From: Antedon mediterranea
Lineage: Eukaryota; Animalia; Echinodermata
Assembly (NCBI RefSeq): GCF_964355755.1
Contig: NC_092672.1
Span: forward strand, 16,430,001 to 16,494,000
DNA length: 64,000 bases
Direction of reading: 5' to 3'
Shown: piece after piece, positions 13,401 through 28,400 of the stretch
How the letters are laid out: each line of letters opens with the position of its first letter
Numbering within the stretch: the stretch's first letter is position 1
Notes under the pieces: generated by a model
What the model was told of the DNA's origin: nothing
Seen by the model: the letters and a program-made list of their open reading frames with translations, nothing else
The model's database searches: none
Translations under genes and position numbers: made by a program

Positions 13401-16400
13401 AGATCAGCGAGAGATAGATCAGCGAGAGAGAGAGATAGATCAGCAAGAGAGAGATAGATCAGCGAGAGAGAGAGAGATAGATAGATCAGCGAGAGAGAGA
13501 GATAGATCGGCGAGAGAGAGATAGATAGATCAGCGAGAGAGAGATAGATCAGCGACAGAGAGATAGATAGATCAGCGAGAGAGAGATAGATCAGCGAGAG
13601 AGAGAGATAGATAGATAAGCGAGAGAGAGATAGATCAGCGACAGAGAGATAGATCAGCGAGAGAGATAGATCAGCGAGAGAGATAGATCAGCGAGAAAGA
13701 GATAGATCAGCGAGAGAGAGGTAGATCAGCGAGCGAGAGATAGATCAGCGAGAGAGAGATAGATCAGCGAGAGAGAGATAGATCAGCGAGAGAGATAGAT
13801 CAGCGAGAGAGAGATAGATCAGCGAGAGCGAGAGATAGATCAGCGAGAGAGAGATAGATCAGCGAGAGAGAGAGATAGATAGATCAGCGAGAGACAGATA
13901 GATCAGCGAGAGAGAGATAGATAGATCAGCGAGAGAGAGAGATAGATCAGCGACAGAGAGATAGATAGATCAGCGAGAGAGAGATAGATCAGCGAGAGAG
14001 AGATAGATAGATCAGCAAGAGAGATATAGATCAGCGACATAGAGATAGATCAGCGAGAGAGATAGATCAGCGAGAGAGATAGATCAGCGAGAGAGAGATA
14101 GATCAACGAGAGAGAGATAGATCAGCGAGAGAGATAGATCAGCGAGAGAGAGATAGATCAGCGAGAGAGAGAGAGAGATAGATCAGCGAGAGAGAGATAG
14201 ATCAGCGAGAGAGAGATAGATCAGCGAGAGAGAGATAGATCGGTGAGAGAGAGATAGATCAGCGAGAGAGAGATAGATCAGCGAGAGAGAGAGAGATCAG
14301 CGAGAGAGATAGATTAGCGAGAGAGAGATATATCAGCGAGAGAGAGATAGATCAGCGAGAGAGATAGATCAGCGAGAGAGAAATAGATCAGCGAGAGAGA
14401 GATAGATCAGCGAGAGAGAGAGATAGATAGATCAGCGAGAGAGAGAGAGAGATAGATAGATAAGCGAGAGAGAGATAGATAGATCAGCGAGAGAGAGAGA
14501 GAGAGAGATCAGCGAGAGAGAGATAGATAGATCAGCGAGAGAGAGAGATAGTTAGATCAGCGAGAGAGAGAGATAGATCAGCGAGAGAGAGATAGATATA
14601 TCAGCGAGAGAGAGAGAGCGATAGATCAGAGAAAGAGAGAGAGAGATAGATCAGCGAGAGATAGAGATAGATAGATCAGCGAGAGAGAGAGAGAGATCAG
14701 CGAGAGAGATATAGATAGATCAGCGAGAGAGAGAGATAGTTAGATCAGCGAGAGAAAGAGAGATAGATCAGCGAGAGAGAGAGATAGATAGATCAGCGAG
14801 AGAGAAATAGATCAGAGAGAGAGAGAGAGAGATAGATCAGAGAGAGAGATAGATCAGCGAGAGAGAGATAGATCAGCGAGAGAGAGATAGATCAGTGAGA
14901 GAGAGATAGATAGATCAGCGAGAGAGAGAGATAGATCAGCGAGAGAGAGATAGATAGATCAGCGAGAGAGAGAGATAGATTAGCGAGAGAGAGATAGATA
15001 GATCAGCGAGAGAGAGAGATAGATCAGCGAGAGAGAGAGAGAGATAGATCAGCGAGAGAGAGAGAGAGAGAGAGAGATAGATCAGCGAGAGATAGATAGA
15101 TAGATCAGCGAGAGAGAGATAGATCAGCGACAGAGAGATAGATAGATCAGCGAGAGAGATAGATCAGCGAGAGAGAGAGATAGATCAGCGAGAAAGAGAT
15201 AGATCAGCGACAGAGATATAGATCAGCGAGAGAGATAGATCAGCGATAGAGAGATAGATCAGCGAGAGAGAGAGATAGATCAGCGAGAGAGAGAGAGATA
15301 GATCAACGAGAGAGAGGTAGATCAGCGAGCGAGAGATAGAACAGCGAGAGAGAGTTAGATCAGCGAGAGAGAGAGAGATATATCAGCGACAGAGAGATAG
15401 ATCAGCGAGAGATAGATCAGCGAGAGAGAGAGATAGATCAGCAAGAGAGAGATAGATCAGCGTGAGAGAGAGAGATAGATAGATCAGCGAGAGAGAGAGA
15501 TAGATCGGCGAGAGAGAGATAGATAGATCAGCGAGAGAGAGATAGATCAGCGACAGAGAGATAGATAGATCAGCGAGAGAGAGATAGATCAGCGAGAGAG
15601 AGAGATAGATAGATCAGCGAGAGAGAGATAGATCAGCGACAGAGAGATAGATCAGCGAAAGAGATAGATCAGCGAGAGAGATAGATCAGCGAGAAAGAGA
15701 TAGATCAGCGAGAGAGAGGTAGATCAGCGAGCGAGAGATAGATCAGCGAGAGAGATAGATCAGCGAGAGAGAGATAGATCAGCGAGAGAGATAGATCAGC
15801 GAGAGAGAGATAGATCAGCGAGAGCGAGAGATAGATCAGCGAGAGAGAGATAGATCAGCGAGAGAGAGAGATAGATAGATCAGCGAGAGACAGATAGATC
15901 AGCGAGAGAGAGATAGATAGATCAGCGAGAGAGAGAGATAGATCAGCGACAGAGAGATAGATAGATCAGCGAGAGAGAGATAGATCAGCGAGAGAGAGAT
16001 AGATAGATCAGCGAGAGAGATATAGATCAGCGACATAGAGATAGATCAGCGAGAGAGATAGATCAGCGAGAGAGATAGATCAGCGAGAGAGAGATAGATC
16101 AACGAGAGAGAGATAGATCAGCGAGAGAGATAGATCAGCGAGAGAGAGATAGATCAGCAAGAGAAAGAGAGAGATAGATCAGCGAGAGAGAGATAGATCA
16201 GCGAGAGAGATAGATCAGCGAGAGAGAGATAGATCAGTGAGAGAGAGATAGATCAGCGAGAGAGAGATAGATCAGCGAGAGAGAAAGAGATCAGCGAGAG
16301 AGATAGATCAGCGAGAGAGAGATATATAAGCGAGAGAGAGATAGATCAGCGAGAGAGATAGATAAGCGAGAGAGAAATAGATCAGCGAGAGAGAGATAGA

Positions 16401-19400
16401 TCAGCGAGAGAGAGAGATAGATAGATCAGCGAGAGAGAGAGAGATAGATAGATAAGCGAGAGAGAGATAGATAGATCAGCGAGAGAGAGAGAGAGAGAGA
16501 TCAGCGAGAGAGAGAGATAGATAGATCAGCGAGAGAGAGAGATAGTTAGATCAGCGAGAGAGAGATAGATCAGCGAGAGAGAGATAGATATATCAGCGAG
16601 AGAGAGAGAGCGATAGATCAGAGAAAGAGAGAGAGAGATAGATCAGCGAGAGATAGAGATAGATAGATCAGCGAGAGAGAGAGAGATCAGCGAGAGAGAG
16701 ATAGATAGATCAGCGAGAGAGAGAGATAGTTAGATCAGCAAGAGAAAGAGAGATAGATCAGCGAGAGAGAGATAGATTGATCAGCGAGAGAGAAATAGAT
16801 CAGAGAGAGAGAGAGAGAGATAGATCAGAGAGAGAGATAGATCAGCGAGAGAGAGATAGATCAGCGAGAGAGAGATAGATCAGTGAGAGAGAGATAGATC
16901 AGCGAGAGAGAGATAGATCAGCGAGTGAGAGATAGATCAGCGAGAGAGAGATAGATCAGCGAGAGAGAGATAGATCAGCGAGAGAGAGATAGATCAGCGA
17001 GAGAGAGATAGATCAGCGAGAGAGTGATAGATCAGCGAGAGAGAGAGATCAGCGAGAGAGAGATAGATCAGCGAGAGAGATAGATCAGCGGGAGAGAGAT
17101 AGATCAGCGAGAGAGAGAGATAGATGAGCGAGAGAGAGATAGATATATCAGCGAGAGATAGATAGATCAGCGAGAGAGAGATAGATAGATCAGCGAGAGA
17201 GAGATAGATCAGCGAGAGAGAGATAGATAGATCAACGAGAGAGAGATAGATCAGCGAGAGAGAGATAGATAGATCAGCGAGAGAAAGATAGATCAGCGAG
17301 AGAGAGAGAGATAGATAGATCAGCGAGAGAGAGATAGATCAGCGAGAGATAGATAGATCAGCCAGAGAGAGATATATCAGCGAGAGAGGGATAGATCAGC
17401 GGGAGAGATAGATCAGCGAGAGAGAGATAGATCAGCAAGAGAGAGATAGATCAGTGAGAGAGAGATAGATCAGCGAGAGAGAGATAGATCAGCGAGAGAG
17501 ATATAGATCAGTGAGAGAGAGATAGATCAGCGAGAGATAGATAGATAGATCAGCGAGAGAGAGATAGATAGATCAGCGAGAGAGAGATAGATAGATCAGC
17601 GAGAGAGAGATAGATCAGCGAGAGAGAGATAGATAGATCAGCGAGAGAGAGAGATAGATAGATCAGCGAGAGAGAGAGATAGATAGATCAGCTAGAGAGA
17701 GAGAGATAGAGATCAGCGAGAGAGAGATAGATAGATCAGCGAGAGAGAGAGAGATAGTTAGATCAGCGAGAGAGAGAGAGATAGATCAGTGAGAGAGAGA
17801 TAGATAGATCAGCGAGAGAGAGAGATAGATCAGAGAGAGAGAGATAGATCAGAGAGAGAGAGAGATAGATCAGCGAGAGAGAGATAGATCAGCGAGAGAG
17901 AGAGATAGATCAGTGAGAGAGAGATAGATCAGCGAGAGAGAGATAGATCAGCGATAGAGAGATAGATCAGCGAGAGAGATAGATCAGCGGGAGAGAGATA
18001 GATCAGCGAGAGAGAGATAGATCAGCGAGAGAGAGATAGATCAGTGAGAGAGATAGATCAGCGAGAGAGAGAGAGAGAGAGAGATCAGCAAGAGAGAGAT
18101 AGATCAGCGAGAGAGATAGATCAGCGAGAGAGAGATAGATCAGCGAGAGAGAGATAGATCAGTGAGAGAGAGAGATAGATCAGCGAGAGAGAGATAGATC
18201 AGCGAGAGAGAGATAGATCAGCGAGAGAGAGATAGATCAGCGAGAGAGAGATAGATCAGCGAGAGAGAGAGATAGATCAGCGAGAGAGAGATAGATCAGC
18301 GAGAGAGAGATATATCAGCGAGAGAGATAGATCAGCGAGAGAGAGAGATAGATCAGCGAGAGAGATAGATCAGCGAGAGAGAGATAGATCAGCGAGAGAG
18401 AGATAGATCAGCGAGAGAGAGAGATAGATAAGCGAGAGAGATAGATCAGCGAGAGAGAGATAGATCAGCGAGAGAGAGAGAGAGAGAGATAGATCAGCGA
18501 GAGAGAGATAGATCAGCGAGAGAGAGATAGATCAGCGAGAGAGAGATAGATCAGCGAGAGAGAGATATATCAGCGGGAGAGAGATAGATCAGCGAGAGAG
18601 AGAGATAGATCAGCGATAGAGAGGATAGATCAGCGAGAAAGAGAGATAGATCAGCGAGAGAGAGATTGATCAGCGAGAGAGAGATAGATCAGCGAGAGAG
18701 AGATAGATCAGCGAGAGAGAGATAGATCAGCGAGAGAGAGATAGATCAGTGAGAGAGAGATAGATCAGCGAGAGAGAGATAGATCAGCGAGAGAGAGATA
18801 GATCAGCGAGAGGGAGATAGATCAGCGAGAGAGAGATATATCAACGAGAGAGAGAGAGATATTTCAGCGAGAGAGAGATATTTCAGCGAGAGAGAGATAG
18901 ATCAGCGAGAGAGAGATAGATCAGCGAGAGAGAGATAGATCAGCGAGAGAGAGATAGATCAGCGAGGAAGAGATAGATCAGTGAGAGGGAGAGGGAGCGA
19001 GATAGATCAGCGAGCGAGAGGATAGATCAGCGAGAGAGAGATAGATCAGCGAGAGAGAGATAGATCAGCGAGAGAGAGATTGATCAGCGAGAGAGAGATA
19101 GATCAGCGAGAGAGAGATAGATCGGCGAGAGAGAGATAGATCAGCGAGAGAGAGATAGATCAGCGACAGAGAGATAGATCAGCGAGAGAGAGATAGATCA
19201 GCGAGAGAGAGATAGATCAGTGAGAGAGAGATAGATCAGCGAGAGAGAGATAGATCAGCGAGAGAGAGATAGATCAGCGAGAGGGAGATAGATCAGCGAG
19301 AGAGAGATATATCAACGAGAGAGAGAGAGAGATATTTCAGCGAGAGAGAGATATTTCAGCGAGAGAGAGATAGATCAGCGAGAGAGAGAGATAGATCAGC

Positions 19401-22400
19401 GAGAGAGAGATAGATCAGCGAGAGAGAGATAGATCAGCGAGGAAGAGATAGATCAGCGAGAGGGAGAGGGAGCGAGATAGATCAGCGAGCGAGAGGATAG
19501 ATCAGCGAGAGAGAGATAGATCAGCGAGAGAGAGATAGATCAGCGAGAGAGAGATTGATCAGCGAGAGAGATAGATCAGCGAGAGAGATATAGATCAGCG
19601 AGAGAGAGATAGATCAGCTATAGAGATAGATCAGCGAGAGAGAGATAGATCAGCGAGAGAGATAGATCAGCGAGAGAGAGAGATAGATCAGCGAGAGAGA
19701 GATAGATCAGCGAGAGAGATATAGATCAGCGAGAGAGATATTTCAGCCAGAGGGAGATAGATCAGCCAGAGAGAGATAGATCAGCGTGAGAGAGATAGAT
19801 CAGCGAGAGAGAGAGATAGTTCAGCGAGAGAGAGAGATAGATCAGCGAGAGAGATAGATCAGCGAGAGAGAGATAGATCAGCGAGAGAGAGAGAGATCAG
19901 CGAGAGAGAGATAGATCAGCGAGAGCGAGAGATAGATAGATCAGCGAGAGAGAAATAGATCAGCGAGAGAGAGATAGATCAGCGAGAGAGAGATAGATCA
20001 GGGACAGAGAGATAGATAGATCAGCGAGAGAGAGATAGATCTGCGAGAGATAGATAGATCAGCGAGAGACAGATAGATCAGCGAGAGAGAGATAGATAGA
20101 TCAGCGAGAGAGAGAGATAGATCAGCGACAGAGAGATAGATAGATCAGCGAGAGAGAGATAGATCAGCGAGAGAGAGATAGATAGATCAGCGAGAGAGAT
20201 ATAGATCAGCGACATAGAGATAGATCAGCGAGAGAGATAGATCAGCGAGAGAGATAGATCAGCGAGAGAGAGATAGATCAACGAGAGAGAGATAGATCAG
20301 CGAGAGAGATAGATCAGCGAGAGAGAGATAGATCAGCGAGAGAAAGAGAGAGATAGATCAGCGAGAGAGAGATAGATCAGCGAGAGAGATAGATCAGCGA
20401 GAGAGAGATAGATCAGTGAGAGAGAGATAGATCAGCGAGAGAGAGATAGATCAGCGAGAGAGAGAGAGATCAGCGAGAGAGATAGATCAGCGAGAGAGAG
20501 ATATATCAGCGAGAGAGAGATAGATCAGCGAGAGAGATAGATAAGCGAGAGAGAAATAGATCAGCGAGAGAGAGATAGATCAGCGAGAGAGAGAGATAGA
20601 TAGATCAGCGAGAGAGAGAGAGATAGATAGATAAGCGAGAGAGAGATAGATAGATCAGCGAGAGAGAGAGAGAGAGAGATCAGCGAGAGAGAGATAGATA
20701 GATCAGCGAGAGAGAGAGATAGTTAGATCAGCGAGAGAGAGAGATAGATCAGCGAGAGAGAGATAGATATATCAGCGAGAGAGAGAGAGCGATAGATCAG
20801 AGAAAGAGAGAGAGAGATAGATCAGCGAGAGATAGAGATAGATAGATCAGCGAGAGAGAGAGAGATCAGCGAGAGAGAGATAGATAGATCAGCGAGAGAG
20901 AGAGATAGTTAGATCAGCGAGAGAAAGAGAGATAGATCAGCGAGAGAGAGATAGATTGATCAGCGAGAGAGAAATAGATCAGAGAGAGAGAGAGAGAGAT
21001 AGATCAGAGAGAGAGATAGATCAGCGAGAGAGAGATAGATCAGCGAGAGAGAGATAGATCAGTGAGAGAGAGATAGATCAGCGAGAGAGAGATAGATCAG
21101 CGAGTGAGAGATAGATCAGCGAGAGAGAGATAGATCAGCGAGAGAGAGATAGATCAGCGAGAGAGAGATAGATCAGCGAGAGAGAGATAGATCAGCGAGA
21201 GAGTGATAGATCAGCGAGAGAGAGAGATCAGCGAGAGAGAGATAGATCAGCGAGAGACATAGATCAGCGGGAGAGAGATAGATCAGCGAGAGAGAGAGAT
21301 AGATGAGCGAGAGAGAGATAGATATATCAGCGAGAGATAGATAGATCAGCGAGAGAGAGATAGATAGATCAGCGAGAGAGAGATAGATCAGCGAGAGAGA
21401 GATAGATAGATCAACGAGAGAGAGATAGATCAGCGAGAGAGAGATAGATAGATCAGCGAGAGAAAGATAGATCAGCGAGAGAGAGAGAGATAGATAGATC
21501 AGCGAGAGAGAGATAGATCAGCGAGAGATAGATAGATCAGCCAGAGAGAGATATATCAGCGAGAGAGGGATAGATCAGCGGGAGAGATAGATCAGCGAGA
21601 GAGAGATAGATCAGCAAGAGAGAGATAGATCAGTGAGAGAGAGATAGATCAGCGAAAGAGAGATAGATCAGCGAGAGAGATATAGATCAGTGAGAGAGAG
21701 ATAGATCAGCGAGAGATAGATAGATAGATCAGCGAGAGAGAGATAGATAGATCAGCGAGAGAGAGATAGATAGATCAGCGAGAGAGAGATAGATCAGCGA
21801 GAGAGAGATAGATAGATCAGCGAGAGAGAGAGATAGATAGATCAGCGAGAGAGAGAGATAGATAGATCAGCTAGAGAGAGAGAGATAGAGATCAGCGAGA
21901 GAGATAGATAGATCAGCGAGAGAGAGAGAGATAGTTAGATCAGCGAGAGAGAGAGAGATAGATCAGTGAGAGAGAGATAGATAGATCAGCGAGAGAGAGA
22001 GATAGATCAGAGAGAGAGAGATAGATCAGAGAGAGAGAGAGATAGATCAGCGAGAGAGAGATAGATCAGCGAGAGAGAGAGATAGATCAGTGAGAGAGAG
22101 ATAGATCAGCGAGAGAGAGATAGATCAGCGATAGAGAGATAGATCAGCGAGAGAGATAGATCAGCGGGAGAGAGATAGATCAGCGAGAGAGAGATAGATC
22201 AGCGAGAGAGAGATAGATCAGTGAGAGAGATAGATCAGCGAGAGAGAGAGAGAGAGAGAGAGATCAGCAAGAGAGAGATAGATCAGCGAGAGAGATAGAT
22301 CAGCGAGAGAGAGATAGATCAGCGAGAGAGAGATAGATCAGTGAGAGAGAGAGATAGATCAGCGAGAGAGAGATAGATCAGCGAGAGAGAGATAGATCAG

Positions 22401-25400
22401 CGAGAGAGAGATAGATCAGCGAGAGAGAGATAGATCAGCGAGAGAGAGAGATAGATCAGCGAGAGAGAGATAGATCAGCGAGAGAGAGATATATCAGCGA
22501 GAGAGATAGATCAGCGAGAGAGAGAGAGATAGATCAGCGAGAGAGATAGATCAGTGAGAGAGAGATAGATCAGCGAGAGAGAGATAGATCAGCGAGAGAG
22601 AGAGATAGATAAGCGAGAGAGATAGATCAGCGAGAGAGAGATAGATCAGCGAGAGAGAGAGAGAGAGATAGATCAGCGAGAGAGAGATAGATCAGCGAGA
22701 GAGAGATAGATCAGCGAGAGAGAGATAGATCAGCGAGAGAGAGATATATCAGCGGGAGAGAGATAGATCAGCGAGAGAGAGAGATAGATCAGCGATAGAG
22801 AGGATAGATCAGCGAGAAAGAGAGATAGATCAGCGAGAGAGAGATTGATCAGCGAGAGAGAGATAGATCAGCGAGAGAGAGATAGATCAGCGAGAGAGAG
22901 ATAGATCAGCGAGAGAGAGATAGATCAGTGAGAGAGAGATAGATCAGCGAGAGAGAGATAGATCAGCGAGAGAGAGATAGATCAGCGAGAGGGAGATAGA
23001 TCAGCGAGAGAGAGATATATCAACGAGAGAGAGAGAGATATTTCAGCGAGAGAGAGATATTTCAGCGAGAGAGAGATAGATCAGCGAGAGAGAGATAGAT
23101 CAGCGAGAGAGAGATAGATCAGCGAGAGAGAGATAGATCAGCGAGGAAGAGATAGATCAGTGAGAGGGAGAGGGAGCGAGATAGATCAGCGAGCGAGAGG
23201 ATAGATCAGCGAGAGAGAGATAGATCAGCGAGAGAGAGATAGATCAGCGAGAGAGAGATTGATCAGCGAGAGAGAGATAGATCAGCGAGAGAGAGATAGA
23301 TCGGCGAGAGAGAGATAGATCAGCGAGAGAGAGATAGATCAGCGACAGAGAGATAGATCAGCGAGAGAGAGATAGATCAGCGAGAGAGAGATAGATCAGT
23401 GAGAGAGAGATAGATCAGCGAGAGAGAGATAGATCAGCGAGAGAGAGATAGATCAGCGAGAGGGAGATAGATCAGCGAGAGAGAGATATATCAACGAGAG
23501 AGAGAGAGATATTTCAGCGAGAGAGAGATATTTCAGCGAGAGAGAGATAGATCAGCGAGAGAGAGAGATAGATCAGCGAGAGAGAGATAGATCAGCGAGA
23601 GAGAGATAGATCAGCGAGGAAGAGATAGATCAGCGAGAGGGAGAGGGAGCGAGATAGATCAGCGAGCGAGAGGATAGATCAGCGAGAGAGAGATAGATCA
23701 GCGAGAGAGAGATAGATCAGCGAGAGAGAGATTGATCAGCGAGAGAGATAGATCAGCGAGAGAGATATAGATCAGCGAGAGAGAGATAGATCAGCTATAG
23801 AGATAGATCAGCGAGAGAGAGATAGATCAGCGAGAGAGATAGATCAGCGAGAGAGAGAGATAGATCAGCGAGAGAGAGATAGATCAGCGAGAGAGATATA
23901 GATCAGCGAGAGAGATATTTCAGCCAGAGGGAGATAGATCAGCCAGAGAGAGATAGATCAGCGTGAGAGAGATAGATCAGCGAGAGAGAGAGATAGTTCA
24001 GCGAGAGAGAGAGATAGATCAGCGAGAGAGATAGATCAGCGAGAGAGAGATAGATCAGCGAGAGAGAGAGAGATCAGCGAGAGAGAGATAGATCAGCGAG
24101 AGCGAGAGATAGATAGATCAGCGAGAGAGAAATAGATCAGCGAGAGAGAGATAGATCAGCGAGAGAGAGATAGATCAGGGACAGAGAGATAGATAGATCA
24201 GCGAGAGAGAGATAGATCTGCGAGAGAGAGATAGATAGATTAGCGAGAGAGATATAGATCAGCGAGAGAGAGAGATAGATAGATCAGCGAGAGAGAGATT
24301 GATCAGCGAGAGAGAGATAGATAGATCAGTGAGAGAGAGATAGATCAGCGAGAGAGAGATAGATAGATCAGCGAGAGAGAGATAGATCAGCGAGAGAGAG
24401 ATGTATCAGCGAGAGAGAGATAGATCAGCGAGAGAGAGATAGATCAGCGAGAGAGAGATAGATCAGCGAGAGAGAGATAGATCAGCGAGAGAGAGATAGA
24501 TAGATCAGCGAGAGAGAGAGATAGATCAGCGAGAGAGAGATAGATAGATCAGCGAGAGAGAGAGATAGATAAGCGAGAGAGAGATAGATAGATCAGCGAG
24601 AGAGAGATAGATCAGCGAGAGAGAGATAGATCAGCGAGAGAGAGATTGATCAGCGAGAGAGAGATAGATCAGCGAGAGAGAGATAGATCAGCGAGAGAGA
24701 GATAGATCAGCGAGAGAGAAATAGATCAGCGACAGAGAGATAGATCAGCGAGAGAGATAGATCAGCGAGAGAGAGAGATAGATCAGCGAGAGAGAGATAG
24801 ATCAGCGAGAGAGAGATAGATCAGCGAGAGAGATAGATCAGCCAGAGGGAGATAGATCAGCCAGAGAGAGATAGATCAGCGTGAGAGAGATAGATCAGCG
24901 AGAGAGAGATAGATCAGCGAGAGAAAGAGATAGATCAGCAAGAGAGAGATAGATCAGCGAGAGAGAGATAGATCAGCGAGAGAGAGAGATAGATCAGCGA
25001 GAGGGAGATAGATCAGCGAGAGCGAGAGATAGATAGATCAGCGAGAGAGAGATATAGATCAGCGAGAGAGAGAGAGATAGATCAGCGAGAGAGAGAGAGA
25101 TTGATCAGCGAGAGAGATAGATCAGCGAGAGAGAGATAGATCAGCGAGAGAGAGATAGATCAGCTATAGAGATAGATCAGCGAGAGAGAGATAGATCAGC
25201 GAGAGAGATAGATCAGCGAGAGAGAGATAGATCAGCGAGAGAGAGATAGATCAGCGAGAGAGATATAGATCAGCGAGAGAGATATTTCAGCCAGAGGGAG
25301 ATAGATCAGCCAGAGAGAGATAGATCAGCGTGAGAGAGATAGATCAGCGAGAGAGAGAGATAGTTCAGCGAGAGAGAGAGATAGATCAGCGAGAGAGATA

Positions 25401-28400
25401 GATCAGCGAGAGAGAGATAGATCAGCGAGAGAGAGAGAGATCAGCGAGAGAGAGATAGATCAGCGAGAGCGAGAGATAGATAGATCAGCGAGAGAGAAAT
25501 AGATCAGCGAGAGAGAGATAGATCAGCGAGAGAGAGATAGATCAGGGACAGAGAGATAGATAGATCAGCGAGAGAGAGATAGATCTGCGAGAGAGAGATA
25601 GATAGATTAGCGAGAGAGATATAGATCAGCGAGAGAGAGAGATAGATAGATCAGCGAGAGAGAGATTGATCAGCGAGAGAGAGATAGATAGATCAGTGAG
25701 AGAGAGATAGATCAGCGAGAGAGAGATAGATAGATCAGCGAGAGAGAGATAGATCAGCGAGAGAGAGATGTATCAGCGAGAGAGAGATAGATCAGCGAGA
25801 GAGAGATAGATCAGCGAGAGAGAGATAGATCAGCGAGAGAGAGATAGATCAGCGAGAGAGAGATAGATAGATCAGCGAGAGAGAGAGATAGATCAGCGAG
25901 AGAGAGATAGATAGATCAGCGAGAGAGAGAGATAGATAAGCGAGAGAGAGATAGATAGATCAGCGAGAGAGAGATAGATCAGCGAGAGAGAGATAGATCA
26001 GCGAGAGAGAGATTGATCAGCGAGAGAGAGATAGATCAGCGAGAGAGAGATAGATCAGCGAGAGAGAGATAGATCAGCGAGAGAGAAATAGATCAGCGAC
26101 AGAGAGATAGATCAGCGAGAGAGATAGATCAGCGAGAGAGAGAGATAGATCAGCGAGAGAGAGATAGATCAGCGAGAGAGAGATAGATCAGCGAGAGAGA
26201 TAGATCAGCCAGAGGGAGATAGATCAGCCAGAGAGAGATAGATCAGCGTGAGAGAGATAGATCAGCGAGAGAGAGATAGATCAGCGAGAGAAAGAGATAG
26301 ATCAGCAAGAGAGAGATAGATCAGCGAGAGAGAGATAGATCAGCGAGAGAGAGAGATAGATCAGCGAGAGGGAGATAGATCAGCGAGAGCGAGAGATAGA
26401 TAGATCAGCGAGATAGAGATACATCAGCGAGAGAGAGAGATAGATCAGCGAGAGAGAGATAGATCAGGGACAGAGAGATAGATAGATCAGCGAGAGAGAG
26501 ATAGATCTGCGAGAGAGAGATAGATAGACCAGCGAGAGAGATATAGATCAGCGAGAGAGATAGATAGGTCACCGAGAGAGAGATAGATCAGCGAGAGAGA
26601 GAGAGATAGATAGATCAGCGAGAGAGAGATAGATCAGCGAGAGAGAGATAGATAGATCAGCGAGAGAGAGATAGATCAGCGAGAGAGAGATATATCAGCG
26701 AGAGAGAGATAGATCAGCGAGAGAGAGATAGATCAGCGAGAGAGAGAGATAGATCAGCGAGAGAGAGATAGATCAGCGAGAGAGAGATAGATCAGCGAGA
26801 GAGAGAGATTGATCAGCGAGAGAGAGATAGATAGATCAGCGAGAGAGAGATAGATAGATCAGCGAGAGAGAGATAGATTAGCGAGAGAGAGATAGATAGA
26901 TCAGCGAGAGAGAGAGATAGATCAGCGAGAGAGAGAGATAGATCAGCGAGAGAGAGATAGATAGATCAGCGAGAGAGAGATAGATCAGCGACAGAGAGAT
27001 AGATAGATCAGCAAGAGAGAGATAGATCAGCGAGAGAGAGATAGATCAGCGAGAAAGAGATAGATCAGCGACAGAGATATAGATCAGCGAGAGAGATATA
27101 TCAGCGATAGAGAGATAGATCAGCGAGAGAGAGAGATAGATCAGCGATAGAGAGATAGATCAGCGAGAGAGAGGTAGATCAGCGAGCGAGAGATAGATCA
27201 GCGAGAGAGAGTTAGATCAGCGAGAGAGAGAGAGATATATCAGCGACAGAGAGATAGATCAGTGAGAGATAGATCAGCGAGAGAGAGAGATAGATCAGCG
27301 AGAGAGAGATAGATCAGCGAGAGAGAGAGATAGATAGATCAGCGAGAGAGAGATAGATCGGCGAGAGAGAGATAGATAGATCAGCGAGAGAGAGATAGAT
27401 CAGCGACAGAGAGATAGATAGATCAGCGAGAGAGAGATAGATCAGCGAGAGAGAGAGATAGATAGATCAGCGAGAGAGAGATAGATCAGCGACAGAGAGA
27501 TAGATCAGCGAGAGAGATAGATCAGCGAGAGAGAGATAGATCAGCGAGAGAGAGATAGATCAGCGAGAGAGAGGTAGATCAGCGAGCGAGAGATAGATCA
27601 GCGAGAGAGAGATAGATCAGCGAGAGAGAGATAGATCAGCGAGAGAGAGATAGATCAGCGAGAGAGAGATAGATCAGCGAGAGCGAGAGATAGATCAGCG
27701 AGAGAGAGATAGATCAGCGAGAGAGAGAGATAGATAGATCAGCGAGAGAGAGATAGATCAGCGAGAGAGAGATAGATAGATCAGCGAGAGAGAGATAGAT
27801 CAGCGACAGAGAGATAGATAGATCAGCGAGAGAGAGATAGATCAGCGAGAGAGAGAGATAGATAGATCAGCGAGAGAGAGATAGATCAGCGACAGAGAGA
27901 TAGATCAGCGAGAGAGATAGATCAGCGAGAGAGATAGATCAGCGAGAGAGAGATAGATCAGCGACAGAGAGATAGATCAGCGAGAGAGATAGATCAGCGA
28001 GAGAGATAGATCAGCGAGAGAGAGATAGATCAGCGAGAGAGAGATAGATCAGCGAGAGAGAGATAGATCAGTGAGAGAGAGATAGATCAGCGAGAGAGAG
28101 ATAGATCAGCGAGAGAGAGAAAGATCAGCGAGAAAGAGATAGATCAGTGAGAGAGAGATAGATCAGCGAGAGAGAGATAGATCAGCGAGAGAGAGATAGA
28201 TGAGCGAGAGAGAGATAGATATATCAGCGAGAGATAGATAGATCAGCGAGAGAGAGATAGATAGATCAGCGAGAGAGAGATAGATCAGCGAGAGAGAGAT
28301 AGATAGATCAGCGAGAGAGAGAGATAGATCAGCGAGAGAGAGAGATAGATAGATCAGCGAGAGAAAGATAGATCAGCGAGAGAGAGAGATAGATAGATCA

